64,000 nucleotides of DNA from a phage. Made by a program: the position numbers and the translations under genes. The DNA lies in the NCBI GenBank assembly GCA_017822615.1, contig GCA_017822615.1_4530.1; one strand, given 5' to 3'. Numbering within the stretch: the first letter of the stretch is position 1; each line of letters opens with the position of its first letter. Under the pieces are notes generated by a model. That model searched no databases. It had not been told where the DNA came from and worked only from the letters and a program-made list of their open reading frames with translations. This document shows, piece by piece, positions 1-9,768 of this stretch.

Positions 1-1
1 T

Positions 2-196
2 TATTTTAACCCTGTAGATGCTCGCGCTGTTGCTTATGCAGAGAATAAAGCAGAATGGCATTACGAAATTGTTAAGCTTCTTCGAAATCCGAACTATCGG
101 GAAGATCGCGGCTTGTTCTTAGCGGAACATGTTCGAACACATTATAATCTGGCAGATGCAAACGAATTGCGACGCCAGGTTATTGAAAGTTTGTAG
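2..196 (+). CDS. 3' fragment of a gene cut by the window edge; paralog of the next gene (glycosyltransferase-like C-terminus)
   Basis: Frame open from position 2 to TAG at 194-196; C-terminus ...VRTHYNLADANELRRQVIESL parallels ...VRTHYHIDVLNERRRLLFEEL of the 386..1147 product. Confidence 0.5.
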   Translation, partial: YFNPVDARAVAYAENKAEWHYEIVKLLRNPNYREDRGLFLAEHVRTHYNLADANELRRQVIESL

Positions 197-219
197 GTGA
201 AGTATGGGACAAATAATTC

Positions 220-248
220 TTGACAATCGTAACGGAATCAATTATAGT
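220..248 (+). promoter_or_regulatory. sigma70-like promoter TTGACA-N17-TATAGT
   Basis: TTGACA at 220-225, 17-nt spacer, TATAGT at 243-248; followed by a 7-bp leader hairpin at 271-289. Confidence 0.5.
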
Positions 249-385
249 GTCTGCGATTTCCATAGGGTAGTGCTGCCTTACTCAAGGCAGTTCTCTTCAC
301 AACCTAAACACAACGTTTTCGTTTTTAACGGAGTGCCAACAAAAGGTAAAGAGGGCTTTTAGCCCTTAAAAACCTGGGCTTTAAA

Positions 386-1147
386 ATGGTTATGGATTTG
401 GATGACTCTTTAGTTATTCCAAAAGGACACATGTTAGAAGGTATTTTTGAATCAGGTATTCGTGAACATTTAAAATGGTTTTTAGAGCACAGTGATCTTG
501 TTACAACTACGACACCTGCCTTGCAAGTTGAACTTTCACAATACAATGATAATGTGCACATAATCCCTAATGGACTTCCTTACGATGAAGGTCAATTTGT
601 GTTGACCCGTGATCGCTACTCCAAAACTCCATTAGTCTGGGCTGGAAGTGAAACACATAAACAAGATTTGGCTATCTTGCCCGATTTTGGTAAAGATCTT
701 ACAATATGTGGTTTTCGTAGGGATTCTGAAGTTTTAAGTAGTCGTGAATGGTCTTTAATCAGGGAAAATGTAGCACCAACTTGTGTTTATGAAGGTGTAA
801 GACCATATGCCAACTACATGGAATCTTACGATGGTCATCAAATCAGTCTTGCACCATTGATCGATAACGTGTTTAATAATGCAAAAAGCAATCTTAAAAT
901 TCTTGAGGCAGGTGCTAAGGGTTTACCTTTAATCTGCTCTCCTCGTGAGAATTATCATACACAAGAGTTTAAAGATTTGTTATTCTTTGCTGAAACACCT
1001 TCCGAGTGGAAAGATATTACGGAATACTTATTAAGTGCTCCCGATGTTTGCATGGAGAAAGGATTAGCATTAGCTAAGTATGTCAGGACTCATTATCACA
1101 TTGATGTGTTGAATGAGCGTCGTAGACTTTTATTTGAGGAGCTATAA
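386..1147 (+). CDS. putative glycosyltransferase-like protein (GT-B C-terminal domain)
   Basis: 253-aa ORF; motif KILEAGAKGLPLICSP resembles the GT1/GT4 donor-binding segment; C-terminus paralogous to the upstream fragment. Confidence 0.4.
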   Translation: MVMDLDDSLVIPKGHMLEGIFESGIREHLKWFLEHSDLVTTTTPALQVELSQYNDNVHIIPNGLPYDEGQFVLTRDRYSKTPLVWAGSETHKQDLAILPDFGKDLTICGFRRDSEVLSSREWSLIRENVAPTCVYEGVRPYANYMESYDGHQISLAPLIDNVFNNAKSNLKILEAGAKGLPLICSPRENYHTQEFKDLLFFAETPSEWKDITEYLLSAPDVCMEKGLALAKYVRTHYHIDVLNERRRLLFEEL

Positions 1148-1425
1148 TGATTAACACTTTTGATTTTGAATACACCACTCGTAACGGGAAAGCCTTGGTC
1201 GTGGAGGTGGATTACTATTATGAAGAACCTAATCCACTTTCTCGTGAAAGCGATTGGGATTACCACGGAGGGCTTTTAATTGACGGTATTCGTTTTTATG
1301 AAGGATCTACAGAAGTTTTTGAAAAAGATTTAAATGTAACTGTAGCAGAAATTGCTTTCCAATTTAGAAAGCACATGGAAGAACTAGAAGCAGAATATAT
1401 GATGGAGACTAACGAACCATTTTAA
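1147..1425 (+). CDS. hypothetical protein
   Basis: 92-aa ORF; ATG overlaps the upstream stop (TAATG), suggesting translational coupling. Confidence 0.55.
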   Translation: MINTFDFEYTTRNGKALVVEVDYYYEEPNPLSRESDWDYHGGLLIDGIRFYEGSTEVFEKDLNVTVAEIAFQFRKHMEELEAEYMMETNEPF

Positions 1426-1437
1426 CAGGAGAACAAA

Positions 1438-3216
1438 GTGTCGCACATTATAACTAAATATGGATTTGATGTTGATCTTAGCAAGGAAGGGCATACAGGT
1501 TGTCCGCGCTGCATGAAAAATGGCAAGGATCGCTCTCGTAATAACCTGATGGTTTATGGATTAGATTCTAATGGAGAGCATAAAGGTGCTAAGTGCTTTG
1601 CGTGTGAATACACTATTCCTAGCGTAGAATGGTTACGAGAAAATGGTGAAGTTTTAGAAGAAGAGGAGGAGATTGTGGGTTCGGAATTTAATAAACAGAT
1701 TCATCGTAAAATTGTTCAAGAAACATCAACCAACCCACGTGGTTATCGAGGCATTAAAGAAAAAGTTTCATCTTTCTATGGTGTTCGTTATGAATACCGT
1801 CAGGAAGGGGATCAGATGGTAGTAGAAAGTTGTTTATATCCAACTACTATCGGTAAAGAATTGGTTGGTTTTAAGCGTCGTATTCATCCTAAAGATTTCA
1901 GTAAACCTATTGGTCAAGTAGGTAAAGATGTAGATCTTTTTGGACAAATTCGTTTTGCAGACCGTTCTCATACTGTGGTAATTACAGGTGGTGAACACGA
2001 TGCTCTGGCAGCTTATCAAATGCTGTCTGAAAACTTGGACAACAAATATGAACTTCCAGCAGTAGTTAGTGGCACAACTGGTGAAACCAGTATGTATAAA
2101 CAAGTTCAGGCACAATACCCTTTCTTTGAAAAATTTAAGAAGATTATTGTTTGCATGGATAATGACAAAGCAGGTAATGAGGCATTTGAAAATATTGTTA
2201 AGGTGCTGCCTCGTAACAAAGTCTACCGTATGCAGATGGATCTTAAGGATGCCAATCAGTATCTGGAAGAAGGTCGTGCAAAAGATTTCGTAAAAGCTTT
2301 TTGGAGTGCTCGTCTATACACCCCAGCAGGTGTTTATGCTTCTAATGTCTTGTATGAAGCTGCATTAGAATGCTTGGAATCCAAGATGATTACCTTGCCT
2401 CCTTTTATGCGTGTTGCTGCAAATATGCTGGGTGGTGGTTTAGTAGAGGAAGAGATTACAGTCATCCTGGCAAAGACCAGTATCGGTAAAACTTTGATGG
2501 TGAACGAGATCACCAAACATATTATTGTTGCGCACCCAGAACATACCCTAGGTATTCTGTCCTTGGAAGCAACTTATAAGAAATATTCTCGTAACCTGTT
2601 GTCCTCGTTCCTGCATATTCCTCTACACAGGAAAACACCGGAAGAGAAATTTCAAATCTTGGAAGAGAATAAAGAAAAAATCCTAGATTTTTACGAAAGA
2701 GAAGATGGATCACCACGTTTTTATGTGTGTGATGATCGTGGAGCAGATGTGGAGTCTATCAAAGAAAAAGTTTTGGAGATGATCATCTATTTTGGAGTAA
2801 CAATTCTTGTTATCGACCCTTATTCTGATTTGCTTTCTGGTATGGATGTTCAAGCCCAGGAAGAGTTAGCAACATGGTTGAAGCGCATCATGAAAGAGTA
2901 TGCTATAACTATTATCGTCATCTCACACGTTAAGAAATCGGCTAATGGTGGCAATGAACACTTAACAGAGGACGATGCAATGGGTAGTAGTTTCTTGGCT
3001 AAAGGTGCTGGTATTACCTTGGCTTTGGAACGAGATAAAGCCGCTGAAGACCCTGTAGAACGCAATACGACTCATTGCTTTATCCTAAAAAACCGTGAGT
3101 TCTCGGAAACTGGTCCGGCAGGGCAGTTTTACTATGACATTAGAACTGCAACTCTGCATGACAAAGAGCAGTATTTCAACAATCCTGCTAATTTGCCTAC
3201 GGATAGCAACTACTAA
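1438..3216 (+). CDS. DNA primase/helicase (T7 gp4-like)
   Basis: GTG start after AGGAG; N-terminal Cys4 zinc ribbon (CPRC...CFAC); DnaB-like helicase Walker A AKTSIGKT and Walker B ILVIDPY; 592 aa. Confidence 0.85.
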   Translation: MSHIITKYGFDVDLSKEGHTGCPRCMKNGKDRSRNNLMVYGLDSNGEHKGAKCFACEYTIPSVEWLRENGEVLEEEEEIVGSEFNKQIHRKIVQETSTNPRGYRGIKEKVSSFYGVRYEYRQEGDQMVVESCLYPTTIGKELVGFKRRIHPKDFSKPIGQVGKDVDLFGQIRFADRSHTVVITGGEHDALAAYQMLSENLDNKYELPAVVSGTTGETSMYKQVQAQYPFFEKFKKIIVCMDNDKAGNEAFENIVKVLPRNKVYRMQMDLKDANQYLEEGRAKDFVKAFWSARLYTPAGVYASNVLYEAALECLESKMITLPPFMRVAANMLGGGLVEEEITVILAKTSIGKTLMVNEITKHIIVAHPEHTLGILSLEATYKKYSRNLLSSFLHIPLHRKTPEEKFQILEENKEKILDFYEREDGSPRFYVCDDRGADVESIKEKVLEMIIYFGVTILVIDPYSDLLSGMDVQAQEELATWLKRIMKEYAITIIVISHVKKSANGGNEHLTEDDAMGSSFLAKGAGITLALERDKAAEDPVERNTTHCFILKNREFSETGPAGQFYYDIRTATLHDKEQYFNNPANLPTDSNY

Positions 3217-3234
3217 GGGCTTCGGCCCTTTTAT
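3216..3234 (+). terminator. rho-independent terminator
   Basis: agggc-ttcg-gccct hairpin followed by TTTT directly after the primase-helicase stop. Confidence 0.6.
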
Positions 3235-3246
3235 TAAAAATACCTG

Positions 3247-3275
3247 TTGACAACTTTGCGGAAGGGACTTATACT
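3247..3275 (+). promoter_or_regulatory. sigma70-like promoter TTGACA-N17-TATACT
   Basis: Consensus -35 at 3247-3252, 17-nt spacer, TATACT at 3270-3275; upstream of the 3309 gene. Confidence 0.55.
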
Positions 3276-3308
3276 TGTCTCATCAACCAAACAAGAGGAG
3301 AAGTAAAA

Positions 3309-3740
3309 ATGCGTATGACAATCGATCTGAATGCAAAAGTTAAAGCTGCTGGTGCTCTGGGTGCTGGTGTTATTAAACACAAACAAGCGTTGGCATTTGC
3401 CATCCCACACATGATTGTTGAGGATCATCCTGAAGAGTTTGCTGTAAAAGTTGTTGAGAACAATGTCTCTGTTATTGAACATATCCCAACTGGACGTTCT
3501 TACCGTGTTGTTTCTTCTAAAGGTTTCCGTTTCGATGTAAGCCCTTCTTTCACAAAAGGTGCTGGTCGTAGTAAAGTGGGTATTCTTTCTTACAAATATT
3601 ATATCGATAAAGTTGCAGATGGTGTTGCATTCTGTCGTGTAAGTGAAGGTAAAGTAGATATCATCTTTAAAAATACCAAAAACATGGTTATTTCTGACGA
3701 TGGTAAAGTTGACCTCACTATTGAGTTCGCTAACAACTAA
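3309..3740 (+). CDS. hypothetical early protein
   Basis: 143-aa ORF with strong RBS (GAGGAG), sitting between a terminator and its own promoter. Confidence 0.6.
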   Translation: MRMTIDLNAKVKAAGALGAGVIKHKQALAFAIPHMIVEDHPEEFAVKVVENNVSVIEHIPTGRSYRVVSSKGFRFDVSPSFTKGAGRSKVGILSYKYYIDKVADGVAFCRVSEGKVDIIFKNTKNMVISDDGKVDLTIEFANN

Positions 3741-3749
3741 GGAGGACTA

Positions 3750-4544
3750 TTGAGCAAGTTGAACACACTTGATCAATATTACACTAACCCCGCTTATGCG
3801 GGGTTCTTATGTGATAAGATCAAAGAAATTTTTGGAGAGGAAGCTAACTACGTAGAACCATCTGCGGGAGAAGGAGCTTTCTCTTCTTGTTTTAAAAACA
3901 TAACTTCTTTTGATATTGACCCTAAGTTTGAAGATTGTATTGAGGCAGATTTTTTAGCTCAATCTGTTGAGTCTGTTGGTAGTGTAACTGCTTTTGTCGG
4001 TAATCCTCCGTTTGGAAAAAATGCTAGTCTTGCCATTAAGTTCTTTAACCATTGTGCTGAAATGTTGGATAACGAAGGTGGTATTTGTTTTATCTTGCCT
4101 CGCACATTTCAAAAAATCTTTTTTGCACACAAACTAAATCCCCACATGCATCTTCTTTACGAAGAAGAATGTCCAAAAGGATCTTTTATTCTTCATGGAG
4201 AACCTTGGGATGTTCCTTGTGTATTCCAGATATGGATTAAACGCAACGAGAAGCGTTCTCCCGTTGTTTTAGGAGAGAATCGACTATTCGTATTAGGTAA
4301 CAGTAAAGACTACGATATAGCCGTTAGGAGAGCGGGAGCAAGTGCAGGTAAAGTGTTATCAGAAGAAGATTCTTTATCTGAAGCATCTACCTATTTTTTA
4401 AAAGCCTTGACTTCTGATCTTAAAACGCGTATCATTGAGGCTTACCCGTTACTTAAAGCTGAAGCTAGTAAAACTGCGGGAGTAAGAAGTTTAAGTTTAA
4501 AAGAACTTCAGTGGGTTCTGGAGAACATTAGAAAGGAGGAATAG
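3750..4544 (+). CDS. DNA N6-adenine methyltransferase (gamma class), orphan
   Basis: TTG start after AAGGAGG; AdoMet motif VEPSAGEGAF followed by catalytic FVGNPPFG (NPPF); no restriction endonuclease partner seen. Confidence 0.7.
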   Translation: MSKLNTLDQYYTNPAYAGFLCDKIKEIFGEEANYVEPSAGEGAFSSCFKNITSFDIDPKFEDCIEADFLAQSVESVGSVTAFVGNPPFGKNASLAIKFFNHCAEMLDNEGGICFILPRTFQKIFFAHKLNPHMHLLYEEECPKGSFILHGEPWDVPCVFQIWIKRNEKRSPVVLGENRLFVLGNSKDYDIAVRRAGASAGKVLSEEDSLSEASTYFLKALTSDLKTRIIEAYPLLKAEASKTAGVRSLSLKELQWVLENIRKEE

Positions 4545-7141
4545 TGAGTAAGTTTACATGGGATATTGAAGCAAACGGATTGTTGAATAATGACACTATT
4601 GATTATTTAGCTAGTCCTTATCGTCTCAAAGACACATTTCAAATGCACTGTATTGTCTTAGAGAACCATGAAACAGGAGAAATAGTAGCTTTCCACGATG
4701 GCCCTAAATACATCTTTGATGGGCGTCCTTATGAAGAGTCAGATGGTAAATACACATATGTTCTTAAAGAGTATGTGGCGCAAGATTACACGCATTTTCA
4801 ACTAAAAGATTTCCCAGACTTTATTAATCATGAAGGTTATTTTAAAGACAAGCCTGAATATCTGGTTGAAATGGCTGTGGCTCACAACGGTATCAACTAC
4901 GACTGGTTGGCTACAAAACTGTTTTATGGATTAGATTACAGTGTTAAATATAATACGTGGGGCAAAAATAAGGTAAAACTTATTGACTCCTTGATTTTGA
5001 GTAAAGTGTTAAACCCAGATCGAAAGATTGAGGGCAAATCAGGACATAGCTTGGCAGCACTTTCTCGAAAAGCAGGTGGTGATGTAAAAATAGATTTCCG
5101 TAAAGAGATTCCAGAAGAAGATCGATTTAAGACTTTTGCTGCGGATATGCTTTATTACTGTATCTATGACAACAAAGCCAATACTAGCGTATATAACTAC
5201 CTTATGGAAGAATGGGGTGATTATGATAAATGGGAAGGTCCATTTGAACTTGAACAACGTGTAGCAGACATTATCACACGCCAAGAACACCGTGGGTTTG
5301 CTTTTAACATGAAGCAAGCAGAAGAGAACCTTGCTTTTTTGGATGCAGAAATGGAGCGTCTTCGTTTACTCGTTGAGCCTATTTTGCCACCTAAACCAGC
5401 AACAAAAGGCTATCTTAAGGCTTTTATTCCACCTAAGTTGCAAATTAAAAAGAACTTAGAGCCAACTAACCATATGATCAATTTTGCTAAGAAACATGAT
5501 GGTCATTTGGAAGAGAGGGATGGCGATTGGTGGTTAGTTATGTTGGGGAAAGAGTGGAAACTGCCAGTTGCAGCAGATGAACCTCTATGTGATCCTAACA
5601 TCCCTGCAACATTGAACGATACAACCCATATTAAAAACTGGCTTGTAGGATTAGGTTGGGTACCGTCTGAATATAAAGATAAAGACTTAACTCTTAAATC
5701 TGGCACCAAGATTAAAAAGAGCGAGGAAGAACTTCAGAAAGGTATTCGAGCTTACGTTGAGCAAACTCTATCTTCTAATTTTTGTCAGGATCGTTGTGAT
5801 CATCTGGAGTGCACACCGGAAACCTTGGAAAGGAAGATTCAAGAGCGTATAGCAAAAGGTAAAGGTCGCGGTCTTAAAGTATTGACTAACCCATGTTTTA
5901 CCAAAGGTCAGGAAAAAGAAATCTGTCCTAACCTGCAAGCTTTGGGTGAGAAATTTCCTTATGCTACTCAGATTGTAGAATACTTAACGTATAAGCATCG
6001 TAGGAACTCTATTTTAGGTGGCGGTGCTGATTGGGAAGAAGATGAAGAAGATCAAGAATACGATAAAGGTTTCTTAGCCGCAGTAAGGGCGGATGGGCGT
6101 ATTCCTACACCAGCCGCTACATGTGATGCTGCAACCTCTCGTATGAAGCATAGGTCTGTAGCCAATATCCCTCGTGTCACATCTTTGTTTGGATGGGAGA
6201 TGCGTAACTTGTTTGGTGTAGAAGTTCCTAAATACTTCCAGATCGGTTATGACTTCGACTCTTTGGAAGCAAAGATTGAGTCGCATTATTGTTGGCGCTA
6301 CGAACCGGAGCCTCATGAATACTGTAACGCTCTCTTGTTAGAGAAGCCTAACGATGTTCATACCATGATGGCAAAACGTATTACAGATACTATTGGGCGT
6401 AAGTTTGAACGTAGTCCGGCGAAATCTGTTAAATACGGGATCACTTATGGTGCACAAGCAGACAAGGTTGCTAAAACAATTGGTAGCGATAAATACACAG
6501 GGCAACTGGTGTTCGATGCTTTCTGGGAAGCTGCATTCCCACTGGCGCGTCTTAAAGAACGTTTAAACGATTTCTGGGTTAAGACTGGTAAACAGTATGT
6601 TTTGGGTATTGACGGTCGTAAGGTTCCTACTCGTTCTGCTCACGCGATTCTTAACTCTCTGTTCCAAAGTGGTGGGGTTATCTGTGCTAAACGTGCAATG
6701 GTTATTTATGACGACATGATCGAAGAAGAAGGGCTAAGTGTTGACTTCTTTAAAGATGACTGGAAGAATAAAGACTTCGTGCAACAAATGATTGCATATC
6801 ACGATGAAGCCCAGCTTGAAGTTTCTCGTAACCTTGTAGAATTCAAATGGTTTTCACCTGAATCATTAGGTTGGAAGAAAGTAGACGATCCTGAAGAACA
6901 AAAGAAAATTGATAAAGAATGCCTTGCTAAAGTTGAAGAATGGAAGCATAATAAGGAAAAAGAGACAGGGCAAATTTGGGCTAACATTCATGAATCTCCC
7001 AAAGGTGGATGGTTTACAGCCTATAGTCGGGCAGGTGAACTTGCTGCTTTAGCTGTTACTAAGGCTGGAGAATTTTACAATCTTAATGTTCAGCTTACTG
7101 CCGGATATGATGTGGGTAACTCCTGGGCGTCCTGTCACTAG
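4544..7141 (+). CDS. DNA polymerase, family A, with 3'-5' exonuclease domain
   Basis: GTG start; Exo I motif DIEANGL; Pol A motif A DFDSLEAKIESHY, motif B KSVKYGITYG, motif C AYHDEAQLE; 865 aa. Confidence 0.9.
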   Translation: MSKFTWDIEANGLLNNDTIDYLASPYRLKDTFQMHCIVLENHETGEIVAFHDGPKYIFDGRPYEESDGKYTYVLKEYVAQDYTHFQLKDFPDFINHEGYFKDKPEYLVEMAVAHNGINYDWLATKLFYGLDYSVKYNTWGKNKVKLIDSLILSKVLNPDRKIEGKSGHSLAALSRKAGGDVKIDFRKEIPEEDRFKTFAADMLYYCIYDNKANTSVYNYLMEEWGDYDKWEGPFELEQRVADIITRQEHRGFAFNMKQAEENLAFLDAEMERLRLLVEPILPPKPATKGYLKAFIPPKLQIKKNLEPTNHMINFAKKHDGHLEERDGDWWLVMLGKEWKLPVAADEPLCDPNIPATLNDTTHIKNWLVGLGWVPSEYKDKDLTLKSGTKIKKSEEELQKGIRAYVEQTLSSNFCQDRCDHLECTPETLERKIQERIAKGKGRGLKVLTNPCFTKGQEKEICPNLQALGEKFPYATQIVEYLTYKHRRNSILGGGADWEEDEEDQEYDKGFLAAVRADGRIPTPAATCDAATSRMKHRSVANIPRVTSLFGWEMRNLFGVEVPKYFQIGYDFDSLEAKIESHYCWRYEPEPHEYCNALLLEKPNDVHTMMAKRITDTIGRKFERSPAKSVKYGITYGAQADKVAKTIGSDKYTGQLVFDAFWEAAFPLARLKERLNDFWVKTGKQYVLGIDGRKVPTRSAHAILNSLFQSGGVICAKRAMVIYDDMIEEEGLSVDFFKDDWKNKDFVQQMIAYHDEAQLEVSRNLVEFKWFSPESLGWKKVDDPEEQKKIDKECLAKVEEWKHNKEKETGQIWANIHESPKGGWFTAYSRAGELAALAVTKAGEFYNLNVQLTAGYDVGNSWASCH

Positions 7142-7158
7142 TTAACTCATTGTTTTAT

Positions 7159-7179
7159 AAGGGGCTTCTGCCCCTTTAT
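7159..7179 (+). terminator. rho-independent terminator
   Basis: ggggc-ttct-gcccc hairpin followed by TTTAT after the polymerase stop. Confidence 0.55.
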
Positions 7180-7189
7180 AGGAGGAGAT

Positions 7190-7381
7190 ATGCATTACGA
7201 TTTAGATTGTCTTGGTATGCCTTACCTACCAGATGAATTTGAAGGTGAAGAAGAACGTGAATGGGACGATGGGGATATCCGTTGTTGGTCTTGTGGTAAA
7301 GATATGTCCTATGAACAACATATGCACAATGATGGTTTCTGCATACATTGTTATAATGAAATTGATCTGGAGGAAGATTAA
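7190..7381 (+). CDS. small acidic Cys-containing protein (zinc-ribbon-like)
   Basis: 63 aa; RBS AGGAGGAG; CWSCGK...CIHCY. Confidence 0.6.
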   Translation: MHYDLDCLGMPYLPDEFEGEEEREWDDGDIRCWSCGKDMSYEQHMHNDGFCIHCYNEIDLEED

Positions 7382-7548
7382 TGGGAAATGGTATCATGAT
7401 TTGCTATAAAATTGTGCATATTGTCGGAGACGAAGTTATCACTCGGTATTTTATGATAGAGTCTCAAACCGATGAGGTTTACAATGACTGGCTTGAAAAA
7501 GGTGGATACGATTTTGTATCTAAAGAAACTTTCCGTTTAGAAGTATAA
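7381..7548 (+). CDS. hypothetical small protein (55 aa), not in ORF track
   Basis: ATG overlaps the upstream stop (ATGA); open to TAA at 7546-7548. Confidence 0.4.
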   Translation: MGNGIMICYKIVHIVGDEVITRYFMIESQTDEVYNDWLEKGGYDFVSKETFRLEV

Positions 7549-7558
7549 GGAGAAAACA

Positions 7559-7777
7559 ATGCGTAAATTAGTGAGCTTTAATGTTTCAATTCTTGTTGAT
7601 GAACAAAATGAAGATGTTATTAAAGGTCTTGCAAATAAGATTGCAGGCGGAATGACGGAAGCTGAAGTGTGGGAAGAATGTGCTCGACTTTATGAGGAAG
7701 GTGTTATTGAGGTCTTGGGGGATGAGATTAATATGGACGATGTTGTAAAAGTAACTGTGGAGCGTATCCATGACTAA
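7559..7777 (+). CDS. hypothetical protein
   Basis: 72-aa ORF with RBS AAGGAG. Confidence 0.55.
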   Translation: MRKLVSFNVSILVDEQNEDVIKGLANKIAGGMTEAEVWEECARLYEEGVIEVLGDEINMDDVVKVTVERIHD

Positions 7778-8363
7778 ATCAAAACAAATCAATATTGCCA
7801 AAGAAATTCTTACCGTATTAAAGATTGCTGATCCTAATTCTGTCTTGGCTGGCGGCGCTGTTCGTGATTGGCGTATTCTTGATATTGCTGGACGTGATCT
7901 GGATTTTTACACGTCTCTTCCTGCACATCGATCAGAAGAGCAAATACAAGAATTGATTGCATCTGCTTTGATGGGAACTAATGTTCGTAAATTAGGAAAC
8001 AAAGAAGCTTCGGATAACTACGAGGGTGTTACTGGTCTTAAACACGTTTTTGAGTTTGAACGTGATGGTCAGCTTTGCAACCTTATGATTATGGAACCAA
8101 GCGTAATGACAACCTTTCTAAATGAGTTTGATCTGTCCATCTGCCAGGCTGCATTTGATGGGAAGGATTGTTATTACTCTAAAGATTTTGAAACAACTTT
8201 GGAAACAGGGATCTGCTTCTTGCACAAAGATGTTAGAGAAGATGCCAAACACGTTATTAAAATTGCTACACGTTTCCCATATCTTCGTTTTGTGAAAGAG
8301 GTTAAGGTTCCACGTCCACCTCAAGTAGATACCAGATTGGAAGAAGATGATATTCCTTGGTAA
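7770..8363 (+). CDS. nucleotidyltransferase, CCA-adding enzyme / poly(A) polymerase head-domain-like
   Basis: LAGGAVRDWRILDIAGRDLDFY matches the class II tRNA nucleotidyltransferase signature (GGAVRD...DxD); C-terminus EEDDIPW. Confidence 0.6.
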   Translation: MTKSKQINIAKEILTVLKIADPNSVLAGGAVRDWRILDIAGRDLDFYTSLPAHRSEEQIQELIASALMGTNVRKLGNKEASDNYEGVTGLKHVFEFERDGQLCNLMIMEPSVMTTFLNEFDLSICQAAFDGKDCYYSKDFETTLETGICFLHKDVREDAKHVIKIATRFPYLRFVKEVKVPRPPQVDTRLEEDDIPW

Positions 8364-8370
8364 TTAAAGC

Positions 8371-8400
8371 TTGACAATATTAAACATTTTATGATAGGAT
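8371..8400 (+). promoter_or_regulatory. promoter TTGACA-N18-TAGGAT with TG extended -10
   Basis: TTGACA at 8371-8376; aTGaTAGGAT at 8391-8400, same -10 region as tRNA-cluster promoter P3. Confidence 0.45.
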
Positions 8401-8408
8401 AGCATTCA

Positions 8409-8801
8409 ATGACTGAACGTTCTAAGATAGCTGTTGAAACTGTTTATGGAAACTACACCAGTTTGACACTAGTTGAGAAAAATGTTGTAGGTCTTGACAA
8501 CTCTTTTTATTTTCAAATTTTGGTTATTCAAGGTGGAAACAAGAAGCTAACTGCTCGTGTCGAAACATCTGAAATAATTGAAACCACTGTTACAAACAAA
8601 GAATTCATTTCACTGCAAGATACAATCCGAAACGTTATAGACGAAGAAGGCAAAGCTGCCACAATTAAACTCGGAGGTTTCCCAGTGCAAATAGTTCATT
8701 TTCCTAATGGTGAAATTGGAGTTGGAATAGGTAAAGGTAAATACCTGTTAGAGCAAGATGATATGGAAAGACTCCGCTCTTTCTGTGCAAAATTAATGTA
8801 A
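8409..8801 (+). CDS. hypothetical protein
   Basis: 130-aa ORF downstream of a promoter. Confidence 0.55.
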   Translation: MTERSKIAVETVYGNYTSLTLVEKNVVGLDNSFYFQILVIQGGNKKLTARVETSEIIETTVTNKEFISLQDTIRNVIDEEGKAATIKLGGFPVQIVHFPNGEIGVGIGKGKYLLEQDDMERLRSFCAKLM

Positions 8802-8817
8802 TGTAGAGGAGATAATA

Positions 8818-9705
8818 ATGTCCGTAATTAATACTGAAACTGATCGTAAAGGCAAAACCGTAACTTATGCAACTGGTATCGTAGACTACGTTAAACTGGA
8901 TAAATTCGCTGAACCTAAAACTTTTCATTGGGAAGGAAAAACGATTGTTTCAACTCACCGAGCCTCTCTTGTTCTGAAAGAGAAAGGTGCTAAACCAGAT
9001 GAGAAAGGTGTTTGGATTTCTCTTGGTGACATTGAACTGAAAGAAGGTTATGAAAACCTGCAAGTCAAAGAAGGTGATAATTGGATCACTATTGAAAAAG
9101 GTGTAGAAGTAAGTATTGATATTGATCGCGTTGATAATAAAGGCGGTAAAACTTACTACAATACTAAAAAATCTCGTATTACAGTATTGTCTACCGATGG
9201 TGTTCAGAAGTCTAACAAATCTTCTGGCAATAAAGGTTCCAACGATGCTGCTCCTAAGCAGTCCTATAAAAAACGTGATACTGTAGGTCTGGAAACTGGT
9301 CACGCAGTAAATGGTGCACTGGAACTGATTCGTAATGGTGTTAAAGGTGATGCTTTCGATATCGCTGGGGTTGTTCAATCTGCAACTGTCACGCTGAAAT
9401 CGGAAATTGCTGAATCTCGTGGCGTTGATATTAATGATTATGATCTTGGGGCATCTGTTGGTCACGCTATTCTCAATGCTTGTAAAGACCATACCATTAA
9501 GACTGTATCTGTAGAAGATCTGATTGACTCTGCTCGTAAAGTTCTAGCTCTGTCTGATAAAGTTGCTGCTGCCATTCGTGGTTCCGCAGAACAACCTAAG
9601 AAAGAAGAGAAGAAAGAAGTTAAGAAACCTGAACCACAACCAGAACCAACTCCAAGCAATCAAGAAGAACCTCCAATGGACTTCGATGATGATATTCCGT
9701 TCTGA
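8818..9705 (+). CDS. ssb: single-stranded DNA-binding protein
   Basis: 295 aa; Gly/Lys-rich linker and acidic C-terminal tail PPMDFDDDIPF, identical in its last residues to the E. coli SSB tail. Confidence 0.8.
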   Translation: MSVINTETDRKGKTVTYATGIVDYVKLDKFAEPKTFHWEGKTIVSTHRASLVLKEKGAKPDEKGVWISLGDIELKEGYENLQVKEGDNWITIEKGVEVSIDIDRVDNKGGKTYYNTKKSRITVLSTDGVQKSNKSSGNKGSNDAAPKQSYKKRDTVGLETGHAVNGALELIRNGVKGDAFDIAGVVQSATVTLKSEIAESRGVDINDYDLGASVGHAILNACKDHTIKTVSVEDLIDSARKVLALSDKVAAAIRGSAEQPKKEEKKEVKKPEPQPEPTPSNQEEPPMDFDDDIPF

Positions 9706-9733
9706 TCTTATTGATTTATAAAGAGTTTTTATA

Positions 9734-9768
9734 AAAGAAAAGGGAACCTTTGCGGGTTCCCTTTTTAT
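9734..9768. terminator. bidirectional rho-independent terminator between convergent modules
   Basis: gggaacc-tttgcg-ggttccc hairpin flanked by an A-run upstream and a T-run downstream. Confidence 0.65.
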
